DNA of 64,000 nt, taken from the human T2T-CHM13v2.0 reference genome, Homo sapiens. Positions 48,472-62,239 of this stretch are shown piece after piece. Both the position numbers and the translations under genes were made by a program. The notes under the pieces were generated by a model. That model saw nothing but the letters and a program-made list of their open reading frames with translations. It did not search any database and was not told the origin of the DNA. Position 1 is the first letter of the stretch; each line of letters opens with the position of its first letter. The stretch lies in NCBI RefSeq assembly GCF_009914755.1, contig NC_060925.1; one strand, given 5' to 3'.

Positions 48472-48684
48472 GCCTCCCGGGTTCATGCCATTCTCCTGCC
48501 TCAGCCTCCTGAATAGCTGGGACTATAGGCGCCCGCCACCTCACCCAGCTAATTTTTTGTATTTTTAGTAGAGATGGGGTTTCACCGTGTTAGCCAGGAT
48601 GGTCTCGATCTCCTGACCTTGTGAACTGCCCACCTCGGCCTCCCAGAGTGCTGGAATTACAGGCGTGAGCCACCGCGCACAGCA
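48472..48684 (-). mobile_element. AluY truncated at its 3' end (no tail)
   Basis: Begins abruptly at GCCTCCCGGGTTCATGCC, inside the right arm. Confidence 0.9.
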
Positions 48685-51600
48685 AGAAGCTCTAATTTCA
48701 ATGATGATTGTGCTTTTTATCTCTTCCTTAGCATCTGACTCATGATAAAATTTCAGGTGTCTTGATGGTATCTAAATCAGTTGTTGATTCGGTCCTGGAG
48801 GAACACAAGCATAATCTCTATGCCAAGATATAATTTTACCTATTTCCCAACTTTTTGTTATTGGATCTCTCCACCAAACCAGTTGTTCTGCTTCTGTCTT
48901 TGCAGCTGGTTTCTGTAGATGCTGTTCAGCTGCTGGTAACATCTGGCCTTTGGGCAGACTCAAAAATTTGAAAGTTAATAATGTTAGATTCAATTGTGTA
49001 TGGGCTATCCCATAATCCCTGTTTCTCCCCCTCTTTTTTGTTTTTATTATCAGTTGTTCATCTGTATGCAATCGTAACTGAGCATTTTCAATTCACTGTG
49101 TGGAATGAACTATGTATGAAGAATCAGAAATCACATTAACAGGCATATCAAAAGCAGTCAATACCTCAATTACATCTACAAGCTCCGCTTTTTGAGCTGA
49201 AGTATAGGGTGTCTGGAAAACTTTACCTTTTGATCCAGAATAAGAAGCTTTACCATTACTAGACCCATCTGTGAACAACAAAAACGCTTAGCAGGCTGCA
49301 GGTTGTTTACTGCAGGAATTGTTAATGCAAACCATTCACAGTCTTGCTCAGCTAAAAGGGTAGTAAAGAAACAGTCTTTTAAATCTGTGACTATTAAAGG
49401 CCAATTTTTTGGAATTATAGTAGGAGAAGGCAATCCTGGCTCTTATGTTTCCATAGGTTGTATAACTGAATTGATGGCTCTTAAGTCAGTTAACATTCTC
49501 CATTTTCCTGATTTTTTCTTAATTATGAAAACTGGAGAATTCCAAGGGGAAAATGTTGGAGCTATGTGCCCATTTTCTAATTGTTCAGTAACTAGTTTCT
49601 CTAAAGCATCCAGTTTCTCTTTGCTTAGCAGCCATTATTCTATCCAAATTGGGTTATCTGTTAACCATTTTAAAGGTATAGGTTCTGGAGGCTTAACAGT
49701 GGCCACCATCAAAAATGGTATCCTAATCTTTGGCAGGAACTTTGTCTTTCCGTTTGAAGCAGTTCTTTCAAACCTTGCAATTTTTTTCTACTCCTATACC
49801 AGGGACATGCCCCATTTCGTGTATCATATGTTGACTTTGAGGGCTGTATAATTGTTATGGAATTAGAACTTGTGCTCCCCATCGTCATAATAAATCTCTC
49901 CCCCATAAATTTATAGGTACAGAAATTGCAATTGGTTGAACAGTCCCAGGTTGTCCATCGGGCCCTTCACAATGCAAAATATAGCTACTTTGATACGCTT
50001 CTGGAGCTTTAGCAGTTTCCACTGTGTTAAATTGAGTGGGCTGAATTGGCCACATGGACAGCCAGTGCTGTAGAGAAATGATTGAAATGTCCACTCCTAC
50101 CAAAAAAAAAATAGTATCTACCAAACCTTTAAAGTTCTTTCCCTGGATAGTTATTTCACAGATAGGATGTTTATCAGTAATTTGATTTACCCAATAAGCT
50201 GCCTTGCCTTTTTTATTTGTGCTTCCAAATCCTCCAGTTCATTTAATTTCACTTTTTCCCATTCCCACATACGGCACACTCAGGAGCTGTGCTATGCGCA
50301 CTCCTGGCTGTGCTTTCCAGGGAACAGAAGTAGATATCACAATTTGAATTTCTTCATTGTAATCTGGATCAATGACTCCAGTGTGTATTTGTACCCCTTT
50401 TAAACTTAAACTAGACCTTCCTAAAAGTAATCCCATTGTCCCTCCTGGCAACGGTCCACAGACTCCTGTTGGGACCTTTTGCAGGGGTTCCCCAGGCAGA
50501 AGGCTCACAGCTTTTGTGCAGCATAAATCTACTGCGGCACTATGGGCTATGGTGGGGGACAGATAATGTATGGGGGTGAGGGAATGGCCTGAGCTGGAAA
50601 TGCCCTTGTTTAGAACAGGGCCTGGGATGGGCTCATCAGGGAGTTTCCCAAAATCGGGTTCCCTTCTTTATCAAACTTAGAGTGACACTGATTAGCCCAA
50701 AGTTTTCCTTTTTTACATTTTAGACATATTTCAGGATCAGCAGTTTTCTTTTTTCACCTATCTGGTGGCCTGACTTGCTGATTTTTTTTTACATTCTTTT
50801 TAGTATGACCATACTTCCCACAGTTAAAACAAGCTCCAGGAAATAGAGTATTTCCTTTATCCACTCTCAGTCCTGCCATCGCCTGTGCCAACAAAGTAGC
50901 TTTATGTAGATTATCTCTGATATCATCACAGGCCTTGTTATAATCAACTAAATGTGCTTTCCCTCTGATAGGTCACAGAGCAGCCTGGCAATAGGGATTA
51001 GCATTGTCAAAACTAATAACTGCAACACTATATCCTAAGCAGCCAAATCTGCAATCATCTTTTTAAGAGACTCCTGTAACCAAGCTATAAAATGCACATA
51101 TGGTTCTCTTGGTCCCTGTTTTATAGCACTAAATGAAGGGTATTGTTCTCCATATGAAGTGATTTTTTCCAAGCTCTAATGCACACTCCTCTAAGCTGTT
51201 CTATGGCATCATCCTGCTTGATCACTTGTGCATGTAAACCAGCCCAGCCACCAACCCCCAAAAGTTGGTCTGCAGTTATATTAATTTGAGGTTGGGCCCA
51301 GGCATTGCGAGCAGCCTGAATGGAAGCTTCATCTGCCCACTAAGTTTTAAATTGTAAGAACTGAGCAGGAGTTAGACAAGCTAGAGTAAGAGTGTCCCAG
51401 TCAGTAGGAATCATCCGACTGGAAACAGCAACATTCTTTAACAGTCCCATTTCAAAAGGAGAACCTGGTCCATACTGATTTATAGCTTGTTTAATTTTTT
51501 TGAGTAATTTAAAAGGAAAAGGCTCAAATGTAGCTATAATATTTCCCTGTTGATCTGGGGGGTGTATTCAAACAGGGAACTGCCAAGCCTCTAAATCCCA

Positions 51601-52519
51601 CTTTTGTCTAGCTTGCTGAATTCCTGCCTGAATAGAACTAAGCAGTCGCTCAAGGCGGTGCTCAAACAGTCACCAGGGCAACTACTTTTCACCCAGTGTC
51701 CTCCAGAAAAGAAAGATCTGGAGGGTCGTTTTCTTCAAAATAATAATGAGGGGGTGCAGAAGGGTAGGGATGAACCTCTCCCTCCTTTCCTGCTTTAGCT
51801 TTAGGTGGCAAATAAACCTGGTCTGTAACCTCTGTTGTTACTTTGTTATACTCTCCTTCCTCCTCATTATCAGTGTGAAAAAGTTCCAAGGTAGAACGAA
51901 CCACAGCCCACACTTGTCCCATTGTTACCCTGATGCTTCTGAGCTCCCCTTCTGACTCACCACGGGGATTGCTTTAAGAGTACTCGGATGTCCTCCAGCT
52001 AGTTCCACATTCTCCAATCGTTGCTCCAGCGATCCTTTGACCTGTATTTGGGCCCCCATGAATGGGCACCACTTGCTGAGACCAGGTCGGTTGGGGAGAC
52101 CCTAACCCAGCAGCACTAGAGGAATTAAAGACACACACTGAAATATAGAGGTGTGAAGTGGGAAATCAGGGGTCTCACAGCCTTCAGAGCTGAGAGCCCT
52201 GAACAGAGATTTACCCACGTATTTATTAACAGCAAGCCAGTCATTAGCATTGTTTCTATAGATATTAGATTAACTAAAAGTATCCCTTATTCTTAAGGCA
52301 CAGATCACTCATGCTATTGTTTGTGGCTTAAGAATGCCTTTAAGTGGTTTTCCACCCTGGACGGGCCAGGTGTTCCTTGTCCTCATTCCGGTAAACCCAC
52401 AACCTTCCAGCGTGGGTGTTATGGCCATCAAGAACATGACACAGTGCTGCAGAGATTTTGTTTATGGCCAGTTTTGGGACCAGTTTATGGCCGGATTTGG
52501 GGGGGGCTTGTTCCCAACA
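48685..52519 (-). mobile_element. HERV-K(HML-3)/HERVK9 partial provirus: MER9 5' LTR (52074-52519), gag, pro/dUTPase, deleted pol; no env or 3' LTR
   Basis: MER9-like TGTTGGGAACAAGCCCCCC..GGCCATAAAC; Gag PYPSAP; dUTPase GLLLGRSS..GVIDPDY; protease INLWGRDLL; RT DLKDCFF; RNase [16 protein letters not shown]; IN WWRDP. Confidence 0.9.
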
Positions 52520-54578
52520 GTTCCTCAGGGTAAGGGTGCCCTAACTACTGTGGGGACCCTCTTTCATGGCTCCTCAGGAAGTAAGGAGATGGGAATTGTG
52601 CTGTAGAGGTCTACAACAGCACTGCTTGCTGAGGTGGGGGACAATTGCTGTACATTTGTAAGGGCAGTGGCTGTGCTGGGTATGCCTCAGTTTGTTGAGG
52701 GGCTTGAGGAGGGTCCCTCTTCCTATTTCCTCAAAGAGGTTGTTCATCTTTGCTAAATTTAGAATGACACGGACTTGCCTAGTGATTGCCTTTCTTACAC
52801 CAGGGACATACACTGGGTCTTTTCTGTTGATTGATGGTAGTAGTTTTCATCTTTTGAATTCCTTTCTACATTCCTTTCTTGTGTACAATTTGCCCACAAC
52901 TAAGGCAAGAGCCTGAGAAGTGAAACATATTTTTTCTTACTCTTAATCTAGCCATAGCCTGAGCTAAAAGAATAGACTTCTGTAAGTTACCTCCAATGCC
53001 ATCGCAAGACTTAATATATTTAGTTAAATGAGCCTTCTCTCTCAGATATCTAATAGCAGTTTGACACTCTGCATTAGCATTATTGTATGCAAGAAGCTGT
53101 ATTACAACATCCTGAGCTGTTTTGATCATTTACGGCTTTATACACAGCCTCTTGGAGCTGAGCAATAAAATTAATATATGGTTCTTTAGGTCCTTGTCAG
53201 ACAGAACTGAAATAAGGATACTTTTCCCCTGTAACATTTATCCTTTTCTATGCATGTAAGCACATGAAGCACAGCTGAACAATGGCAACATCTTCCATTA
53301 CTGCTTGATTCTCTAATCAACCCCAGTTAGGGCCAACTCATATTAACTGATTAAAGAAAACAGGCACAGGTGGCTGCAGGTGTGTGTTTTCTTTTGCCTG
53401 AGTTTGAGTTCATCAGCCTACCAAGTTTTAAACTGCAAGTACTGAGATGGAGTGAGAACAGGTTTTGTCAAAGTATCCTAATTATATGGTATTAATCTAT
53501 TATCAAGAGCCATATTTTTAAGAAAGATTGCACAAAAAGAGAGTTCAGTCCATATTGACTAATGGCTTGCTTAAATTCTTTAGTAACTTAAAAGAAAAAG
53601 TAGGCTAATTAGCTATATTCTGTCCTACTTGCTGGATTATAGCAACGGGAAATTGCCATGCTTCAAGGTCTCCCTTGGCTTTAGCTTTTTGAATAGAATT
53701 TTGTCTAGCACCACCAATTGCTCCAGGTTTTAATGTTGTAACTACAGGAGTAGTAAGTTTTTCAGCTAATTTATTTTCTCACCCATTTAGGGGAGAGAGA
53801 GGAGGTGGCCATTCACTTAATTCAGCAGGTGGAGCCAACGGGCTAGTAAAACATACTTTTTAAAGTTTTTCTTTCTTTACTTTAATCTCCTCCGGTAGCT
53901 GCTCCTCACGCTCAGAATTTGAAGTTAGTTTTTTACACTCATCCTCCTCTTCCTCATCTGAATCTGCCTCATCATCTGTTTGAAATGTCTCAAGGGCTGC
54001 CTTTATTAGTGCCCACACTGACCATACATAAACTGGAATTTCTGCTCCATCTTTATATGCCTTTTAAAAATCTCTTCCAATTCTCTCCCATTCATCCAAC
54101 TTCATAGTCCTTTGCTCTGGAAACCATGGGCAAAACTGCTTTACTGTACTAAAGAGTGATAAAAAATTCTAAGTACTAAATTTCACTCCCCATCTTTGTA
54201 TGTCCTCGGGTGTCTTTTGATGATGTGTCCTCTGCTTTCATATGCTCTAGCCTTCCTTCACCGGGTCTTTGTCACCCCATGTTGGGCGCCAGGAATGTTG
54301 GGGTGATCAGACCCAACACTAGGTCATGGGGGTGATGAAGTCTGGCAGAGTCAAAGGAATGAGAAAAAGACAGTTTGAGAGAGAAAGTGGGACCAGGAGA
54401 CCATCACGAGTGTGGAGTCTGCAATGTCCCCAAGCTCTGGGAGCCCACGCTATTTGTTGGTGCTCAAACAAACAGGTGGTGAGGATGTGGGGGTTAAAAG
54501 GAAATGGTGTATCAAGTGAATGAGAAACATATGGCCCTGCCTCAGCTTCTCTTCCAACACTCAGCTTTTCTCCCAACA
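52520..54578 (-). mobile_element. Second HERV-K (LTR14C/HERVK14C-like) 5' part: internally deleted LTR (54296-54578), PBS-Lys, gag, start of dUTPase
   Basis: LTR TGTTGGGAGAAAAGCTGAG...CCCCAACA; PBS TGGCGCCCAACATGGGG (54275-54291); capsid QLLAYNNANAECQ..CDGIGG; zinc knuckles CLSCGQIVH and CPWCKKGNH. Confidence 0.8.
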
Positions 54579-55366
54579 CATTCCCCTTATGAACAGGAAT
54601 AAAATAGGGATGCCTGTTCTCACCACTCCTGTTTAACAAGTCCTAGCCAGAGCAAGCAGGCAAGAGAAAGCGATAAAAAGCATCCAAATAGGAAATGAAG
54701 TCAAATTATCTCTCTTCACTGATGATATGATTCTACACCTAGAAATCCCTAAAGACTGTGCCAAAAGGCTCCCAGAACTGATAAAAAAAACTTCAGCAAA
54801 CTTTCAGGATAAAAAAAAATCAACATATAAAAAGAAGTAGCATTTCTGTTCACCAAAAATGTTTAAACTGAAAGGTAAATCAAGAGTGCAATCCTGTTTA
54901 CAACAGCAACCCCCAAAACAAAATAAAATAAAAGAAGAATATGTCTAACCAAGGAGGTAAAGGATATCTAAAAGGAGAACTGCAAAACACTGCAGAAAGA
55001 AATCACAGATATCGAAACAAATGGAAAACCATTACATGCTCATGGATTAGAAAGATCAATATTGTTAAAATGGCTATACTGCCAAAAGCAATCTACACAT
55101 TCAACACTATTCCTATGAAACAACCAGTGTCGTTTTTCACAAAATTAGAAAAAAATATTCTAAATTTCATATGGATTTTTAAAGAGCCCAGACAACCAAA
55201 GGAAATCTAAGCAAGAAGAACAACGCTGGAGACATCACATTACTTGACTTCATACTATACCCTAAGGTCACAGTAGACAAAATAACATGGTACTGATATG
55301 AAAACAGACACAAAGACCAATGAAACAGAATAGAGAACCCCAAAATAAACACATGCACCTACAGCC
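54579..55366 (+). mobile_element. Old L1 (L1PB/L1MA-like) ORF2 fragment, host of the HERV-K
   Basis: TTCACTGATGATATGATT (RT motif); [23 protein letters not shown]. Confidence 0.85.
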
Positions 55367-55964
55367 ATCAGCTTTCCCAGGATAACACAAAGAGAGCCAA
55401 GCGGCACCTGCACATTACACTGTGGAAGAAAAACCCAAGCTCAAGAAACCCCAACTTGTGTTATTGGAAGTTCACTTGGCTGTATGCTTCCCAAGAGGGA
55501 GAAATTATCTGCATTACACTAGACAGTAAATAAACTTTTCCTTTGTTCCAGAAGGAGGTACTGGTTTTCTATTCCAAGGCTGTTTTCTATACAAACATGC
55601 TTGAAAACAATCATTTGGAACAATAAAGTCATTGTCCATACTTGCAAAATGTGCGGAAATTAAAGACCCAAAAATTGTTTCTCTACCAATTTCTATTTTT
55701 TAAAAATCAAATTTTCCCCATATAATATGCTTTTAATATGTGATCATATTCTGAAATCGTCTTGGCATTTACCCCCATTTCTGAGTCCAGAAGGATACAA
55801 TAGATTTAATTTAATTTAGTAACACTTCAAATAGTAGTGATTGTAATAGCAGAGCTAGTTAGTAGCATAAAGAAAAAATAATAATATTATTAGGTGACAC
55901 TTACAAAAAATGCTAGTCACCATTTCTAAGTGTCTTGGTAAGTACAGTGATTATTTTCTTTCTT

Positions 55965-56140
55965 TCTGACTCTTTTTTACTTTATTTTTTATTTTTTTTT
56001 CCATAGGTTATTGGGGTACGGTGGTATTTGGTTCCATGGGTAAGTTCTTTACTGGAGATTTGTGAGATTTGGGTGCACCCATCACCCGAGCAGTGTACAC
56101 GGCACCCTATTTGTAATCTTTTATCCCTCGCCTCCTTCCC
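55965..56140 (-). mobile_element. L1PB-type 3' end fragment
   Basis: T-rich tail then GGTTATTGGGGTAC...GGTGCACCCATCACCCGAGCAGTGTACAC. Confidence 0.8.
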
Positions 56141-56841
56141 TATTAAATAATAGACCAAAAATAATAGGTTTAGAATAAATGAGTTCAAATGAATTGTCAA
56201 ACGTATGTGGGAAAAGTGGAATCAGTTTTTGAGAAAAAGCAAAAAACTCAATAGAAATGCTAATAAAGCATCATCCCTTCATGGCTAGAGCTGCCAGTAC
56301 CCCAGAACACCAAAATCAGCTAGGGAAATTTTGTAGAAGTCCCAGATGTACTAAATGTTCTGTGAATACACAGAGATATAATTATAACTGTTACCTGCAT
56401 GTAGAGTAAAGATGAGAAGGCATTGATCATGGTGGCAGCTACCTCAGGAGTTACAAAGCAGACGTGGTTCCAGGACAGTATATGTCAGGGCAAAGCTGTC
56501 CTCGGAGGCTATTAGGAGCTGGTTATGGCACAGACATTGTAAGTCAGATGGTCTCATTACTTTCAATGACAAAACCAAAATTACTTTTGCATCAGCCAAT
56601 ACAACGGCCTGGCAAGAGCACAGAAAAAGGCCCTGTGCTGATGCAGCACAATTCCTTCATTCCCTTCTCCAAAACCCCCTCTTCCAATTCCACTGAAGAG
56701 AGAATCTGATGGAAGTCCTGTGTAAGCAGGCTCAGATATATCTACCACTATAGATAGTAGTGGTGATTCACAAATCCAAGCCTATCAAATACATCATAAA
56801 TAAGTTACACGTTTAATTTTTTTTGAAATTAGGGATCATGA

Positions 56842-57341
56842 TATGAAAGTTATCAGAATCAAAACTGTCACTAATGTTTAAAAAGAGAAGAAAAAACCTG
56901 AACAAATAGATTCAGAGAAGGCCTTGAAGAGAGGGTTCTCATGCTTCTAGGCCTGATAAAAACTATTACGAAATACCACAAAAACCACAACCTTGCACAA
57001 AGGCCATAGCAACCTTACACAAAATACACTTCTGTGAGGACATCTATCCAGCAACCGCCTGCCCAAACTTCAACTGACATTGACCTTGTTGTTGATCTTT
57101 ATAGTCAAAGGTAACTATATCAAAACAATTATAGAAGCCTCTTCACTTTTCCCTTATTTATTTTTTTCTACACCCCCATACTTCCAGGTTGATCATTTTT
57201 CTTTTAAAGACCTTGTCTTCCTTTACCATTTGAATCTATATAGTTTGCTTTGTCATGCATATTCCCATTGCAGTGCCCTCCTCCCTAAGATGTGTCTTTT
57301 TCCTTTAGAGAGCCTTTCTCTGTTTGTTATTTAGGTTTACA
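56842..57341 (+). mobile_element. Solo LTR, MER65-like (ERV1)
   Basis: TATGAAAGTTATCAGAATCAAAA...TTTAGGTTTACA; TSD ATGA at 56838-56841 and 57342-57345. Confidence 0.75.
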
Positions 57342-58649
57342 ATGAGAAGGCGTGTAAAGTATTTTTACTGTCTTCCTAGGAAAAAATCACTGACTTACAG
57401 TATTTATATTTATTTATTTACATTCCTGGGGATGAGGAGTTAAAGATTTCATAAATTTTCCTATTGAGAAGATCCAAGTTTTCATGTGAGCAAAACTGAA
57501 TATGTAAATTGATATGTAAATTATGCTGCAGATAATATGGTCAAATGTTTACTTGTATTTAATTTGTTACACATGAATATTGCATATGTAAGATAATATA
57601 CTAAGAAATTATCACATTTAATGAAATGCTTTAATCAAATTCCTGATTGAATTTTTGATATCAATATCTTTTTCATTGTTTAATCCATCTTTAGGGTGAA
57701 CAAGGCTTTATAGGCCAAAGTTATCACTTCTATCTAAATTCTCTGAGTTACAGAACTTTTTGAATTTATTATGTTGTCACAGGAAGTTTCTTATTGCTGT
57801 TTAAAGGAGTGTCTCTCAATATGATGCAGAATGCAAACGCACTGAAGGGCATATACCTTGAGATTCTGTTACTGAAGCCAAAGGTTGCCAATTTCTTGTA
57901 GATCCTGCTAGAGTTAAACTTCATTTAAGTAATCATTAAAAGCTGCATTTATTCCCTCACTTGAAATTTTGATTTCACACTATTAGGACTAATCCTCTAA
58001 GTCTTTGCTAAGTTATGTTCCTCTTTTTCTTGTAGCTTGACTTTGATGATCTCTATATGCAACATCAATTGACATAAATTAAAGTACATTCAGGGCAAGA
58101 GAGTTTCCTTAAATATTATTTTGTTATTCAAAATAATCACAAAAGCACTCATCGTAGGAAAACTTGTGAGGACTCAAATATAGGGAAATACTTTTTCTTT
58201 CTAAGGCATAATTCTGTAAAAAAATTCACCTTAATTTGAATATACATGGGAAAATATCCTTGTTCAATAATAGTCTATATTCACTCTGTTTTCTTCCCTC
58301 ATAGACCAGCCGGTTCACTATTATTCTCCAAATGATGTGTTCCTCTCTAGAGTCCAGGCTACCTGCATATCTAATTTTTCCCACAAATTACTGTTTTGAA
58401 TTGCACTGAATTCAATTTAAGGAGATGTCATTTATAAACAGTGCAAATATATACTGCATGAGGGATCTTAAAAATCATACGTATGGTTTGATCCATAAGC
58501 TCATATGAGCGTGCAATGTCAACTTTTTTCATGTTTTTTTAAGTCCACTTAAATTCTATTTTAAGCCACCATCTGCCTGTGCTGTTAGGGCAGTTAGCCC
58601 TCAATCATTTTAAGATGCTCCCCTCTAAGTACTGTGATAGTGATAGAGA

Positions 58650-59045
58650 TGTCACCAGTCAAGTGTCCTAGGAAGCTGACTCCGAGTTGGAGATTTGCAT
58701 GCCAGGAGGTTGAAATGATATTCCCAACACCTGTGGAAGAACGAAAGCAATAGGATTGGGTGGAGCAGGAAGTCGGCTGGAATGCAATCACTATCATGGC
58801 CGCAGTGCACTCTACAGGGAACTTGGTGAGTTTACCTAATGACCTCAAATTGGAGCAAGCAAACAAGGCCATTATATTTCTGTACCAAGCAGTTCTCGGA
58901 TGTGGGATGCCTTGAGAAGGGACATGGATTTGGATGAAGGAACTTTACTGTGCTGTGAGTATTGTTGACAGGAGTCAGCTGTCAACACTCCCAGGAGAAG
59001 GGGAATTATGCTTTAGTCACTGAGGCGGCATCTAGTGTCAGACCA
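58650..59045 (-). mobile_element. LTR16-like (ERVL) old LTR
   Basis: GGAAGCTGACTCCGAG..GGAGATTTGCATGC..CAACACCTGTGG..GGATTGGG matches the recalled LTR16 antisense pattern. Confidence 0.55.
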
Positions 59046-59598
59046 CAGCCTTGTTAAACGAGCCAGAATTTGGAAGATGGATGGTGGGTTTAACATTTGG
59101 GGCTTGACGTCTTGTCCCCACAAGCTGCTGCTGGCCTCTTCCTTGTCCATTTCTGTGTGGCTTGTTTAGGCCCCCCAGCTTCCTGCTTCTTCTTTACCAT
59201 ATTTGGAATGCAAAAATCTACACGTAATTTGGCCCATGGTCCCTTCTGCTTAGACATATCCTTGTAGCTATTTTTTTAAAAGATGACTATGCTTTCTAGA
59301 ATATTTCTAAGAAACTGCCGAAGTCACCACTGCTCACCAAGAGGCCTTCGTTTTTTTCCTCTTCTTAACCATGGGAAAGGAATGTAGGAGTGTAGGGAGT
59401 GGATATTTTCTAACCTGGAAAAACTCATTTTAACCTATATAATTTTTTTAGCAAATTCCTTCTTTGCCCTTACTCCACAATCTTTCCAAATTCTCCCAAA
59501 TGCTCAAGCTTTTAAAAAACAAAAGACAGAAAGGATAGCAAGTTATTAGTTTTTCCACCAAACCTTTTCTTTCTATTCGTTTACATCAGTGAGCTTAG

Positions 59599-60025
<427 letters not shown>

Positions 60026-62239
60026 TGCTTTGTAAGTTTTACATCATATATCCTCTGTGTTAGACCAAGAGCTTGTAAAAGCCAGAAGACATACAACATT
60101 TATAGTTCAATTAGAGATGTTCACTGATAAAACTGATTCTTCCATCTGAGGGTGGTATTTGTAGTTACAGTAATGTAGATGACAATCTAAGTTATGTTCT
60201 ATAAACTGTGTCACTGACATCTCAATCTACAGCTAACTTTAATTTTTTAAAAGCAGAGGAGTGGGTTGTACAGGTTTAGAAATACATCCATTAAGCTAGT
60301 TAAGTGAGATAGATTCAAACCTTCAACTCACTGGAATATTTACCAAATTGTCTATTCATTAGCTAAAGGAACCATATAAACAAGGTACTTTTCAAAATTC
60401 AAAATTATGTAAGGTTTTATTTCCTTTTTATGCTGTTATGAATTGGATTGTAGAGGTTATAAGGTAAAATAAGATTACTTTTACAGTAAAACATACAACA
60501 CATTGTCACAAGAGGGCAGCCTTTGAACATGAATTTATTCTCAGGCATTCCTTGAAATTTTGAGACAGTTACTTTAACACAACTAAATAATAAAACACTA
60601 CAGAAGATTTAAGAAGATACTTTGACTTATGCATATTGTTACTTTTTTATTACTGCTAGTGGAAGATGTAATCGATAAGGAAGGTAAGGGCTGAATTTGT
60701 TTTATCTAAAAAGACAAATTTCTTTGGGTTCAAACATCAAGATAGTAGGTCAATGTCTAAATGAGTGTATCAAAGTTCTCACACTAGCACATGTAAATCC
60801 ACTTCTTATCTACCCAAAACTCTAACCAAGCAAAGGCAAGTGGGAAGAATCAGACAAATGTAAGTGCCTAGGATACATAAATGCCACTGGATTTTATGTT
60901 TTTAACTTTCAACCTCCCAAGTTTCAGTAAGAGACATGTTATTTGGAGAAGTTGCTAAAGTGTAGTTGTATGATGTCTCTGTGTACGGTTAGTCTGGACC
61001 TCTTTCTGTCCGATGGTTGCCCTCAACTGATTAGAGTCATCTCTCTAAAGATCATGCTTATGTCCCTGAAGCAGTCCACAGCACTATCAATGTCTGATCT
61101 CCACCTTTTTCCAATTAATATTTCTGTACTTACTGAATTGGAAAACATACAGGTGATTTTTTCCTGGTCACTTGTGGTTTTACAACACTCCCCCCACTTC
61201 CCCACCACCGCCCCAGGTTATTTTGATGCCAGCCAAAGTGTGAGAACTACTGGCAGCTGCTGACAGACAGCAGCAAAGGCCCAAATCCTCGGTGTGATTT
61301 CAAGACCCATATCTGGTTTTCAGCCATATTTCCTTCTCCTTCTCACAGCTGAGCCCACTCCTCCTCCCTCACCACCTGTAGGCTATGCTTTCCAGCCTGT
61401 GTCCAGGATTAGTCCTGATGTAAGGCACGTGGGGTTTAAGGATCTCTCTCTTCAGTCTTATTTCTGCACCATCTCTGACAGATATATTCCAGTTGTGATC
61501 ATGGGGCTACCTCCTTTTGTTTCCAGTCCCATGCTCGTTTTCTCTATCACATTCTACCTTGTAATAACCTAAATCTTCTGGTGGGCAAGTTCTTCCTCAA
61601 TCAAATTTGTGTTTATGATTGTGTTGGGGATTGGTTTAGTAATCCAGGTACTGCTACTGCCTTGAAAGCGGAGACTGCATCCTTCTGTCTGGATTTCTTG
61701 AGTTTCTGGATTGTAAACCTTATTAGGGCCCATTTTTCCTAGAATTGGAACCTCTACTTTGTTCTTGCTACCTTAGTTCACCCAGAAAGCACGATCTCTG
61801 CCTGAATTTCAAAGGGTTGGCTAGTTTAAATATCCTTTTGTGAGACTTTTGTCTTCCTGCGGGGTGATTTTTTCATCTTACATACCATTGCTAATCTTTT
61901 TGTCTTGAATGTAATTGAAATAGTTTTAATCTGTGTTACCAGCAACAAGAACCCCTTTTATGAGATGGAGAGGCCAGGTCAGTCTCATAACATGTGTCCC
62001 CCTCCGTGTGTTGAATTTATGTCAGAGCCAGGTTCTTTCCTATTTGATGTCTCTCACCAAATTCCAGTGTTTATGTCCTAGGAGGTGTCCAATAAATTCT
62101 AGAGTTGATGCAAGCTGTAATTTTAGAGAAATTAAGTTAGCAAGTAGAATTAGATTATATACAATCTAATCAAGTTTTTTTTTTTTTTTTCTGAGGATGA
62201 CCAAGATTTGGGCTTCAGTGACAATAGTTGTCCCCTAAA

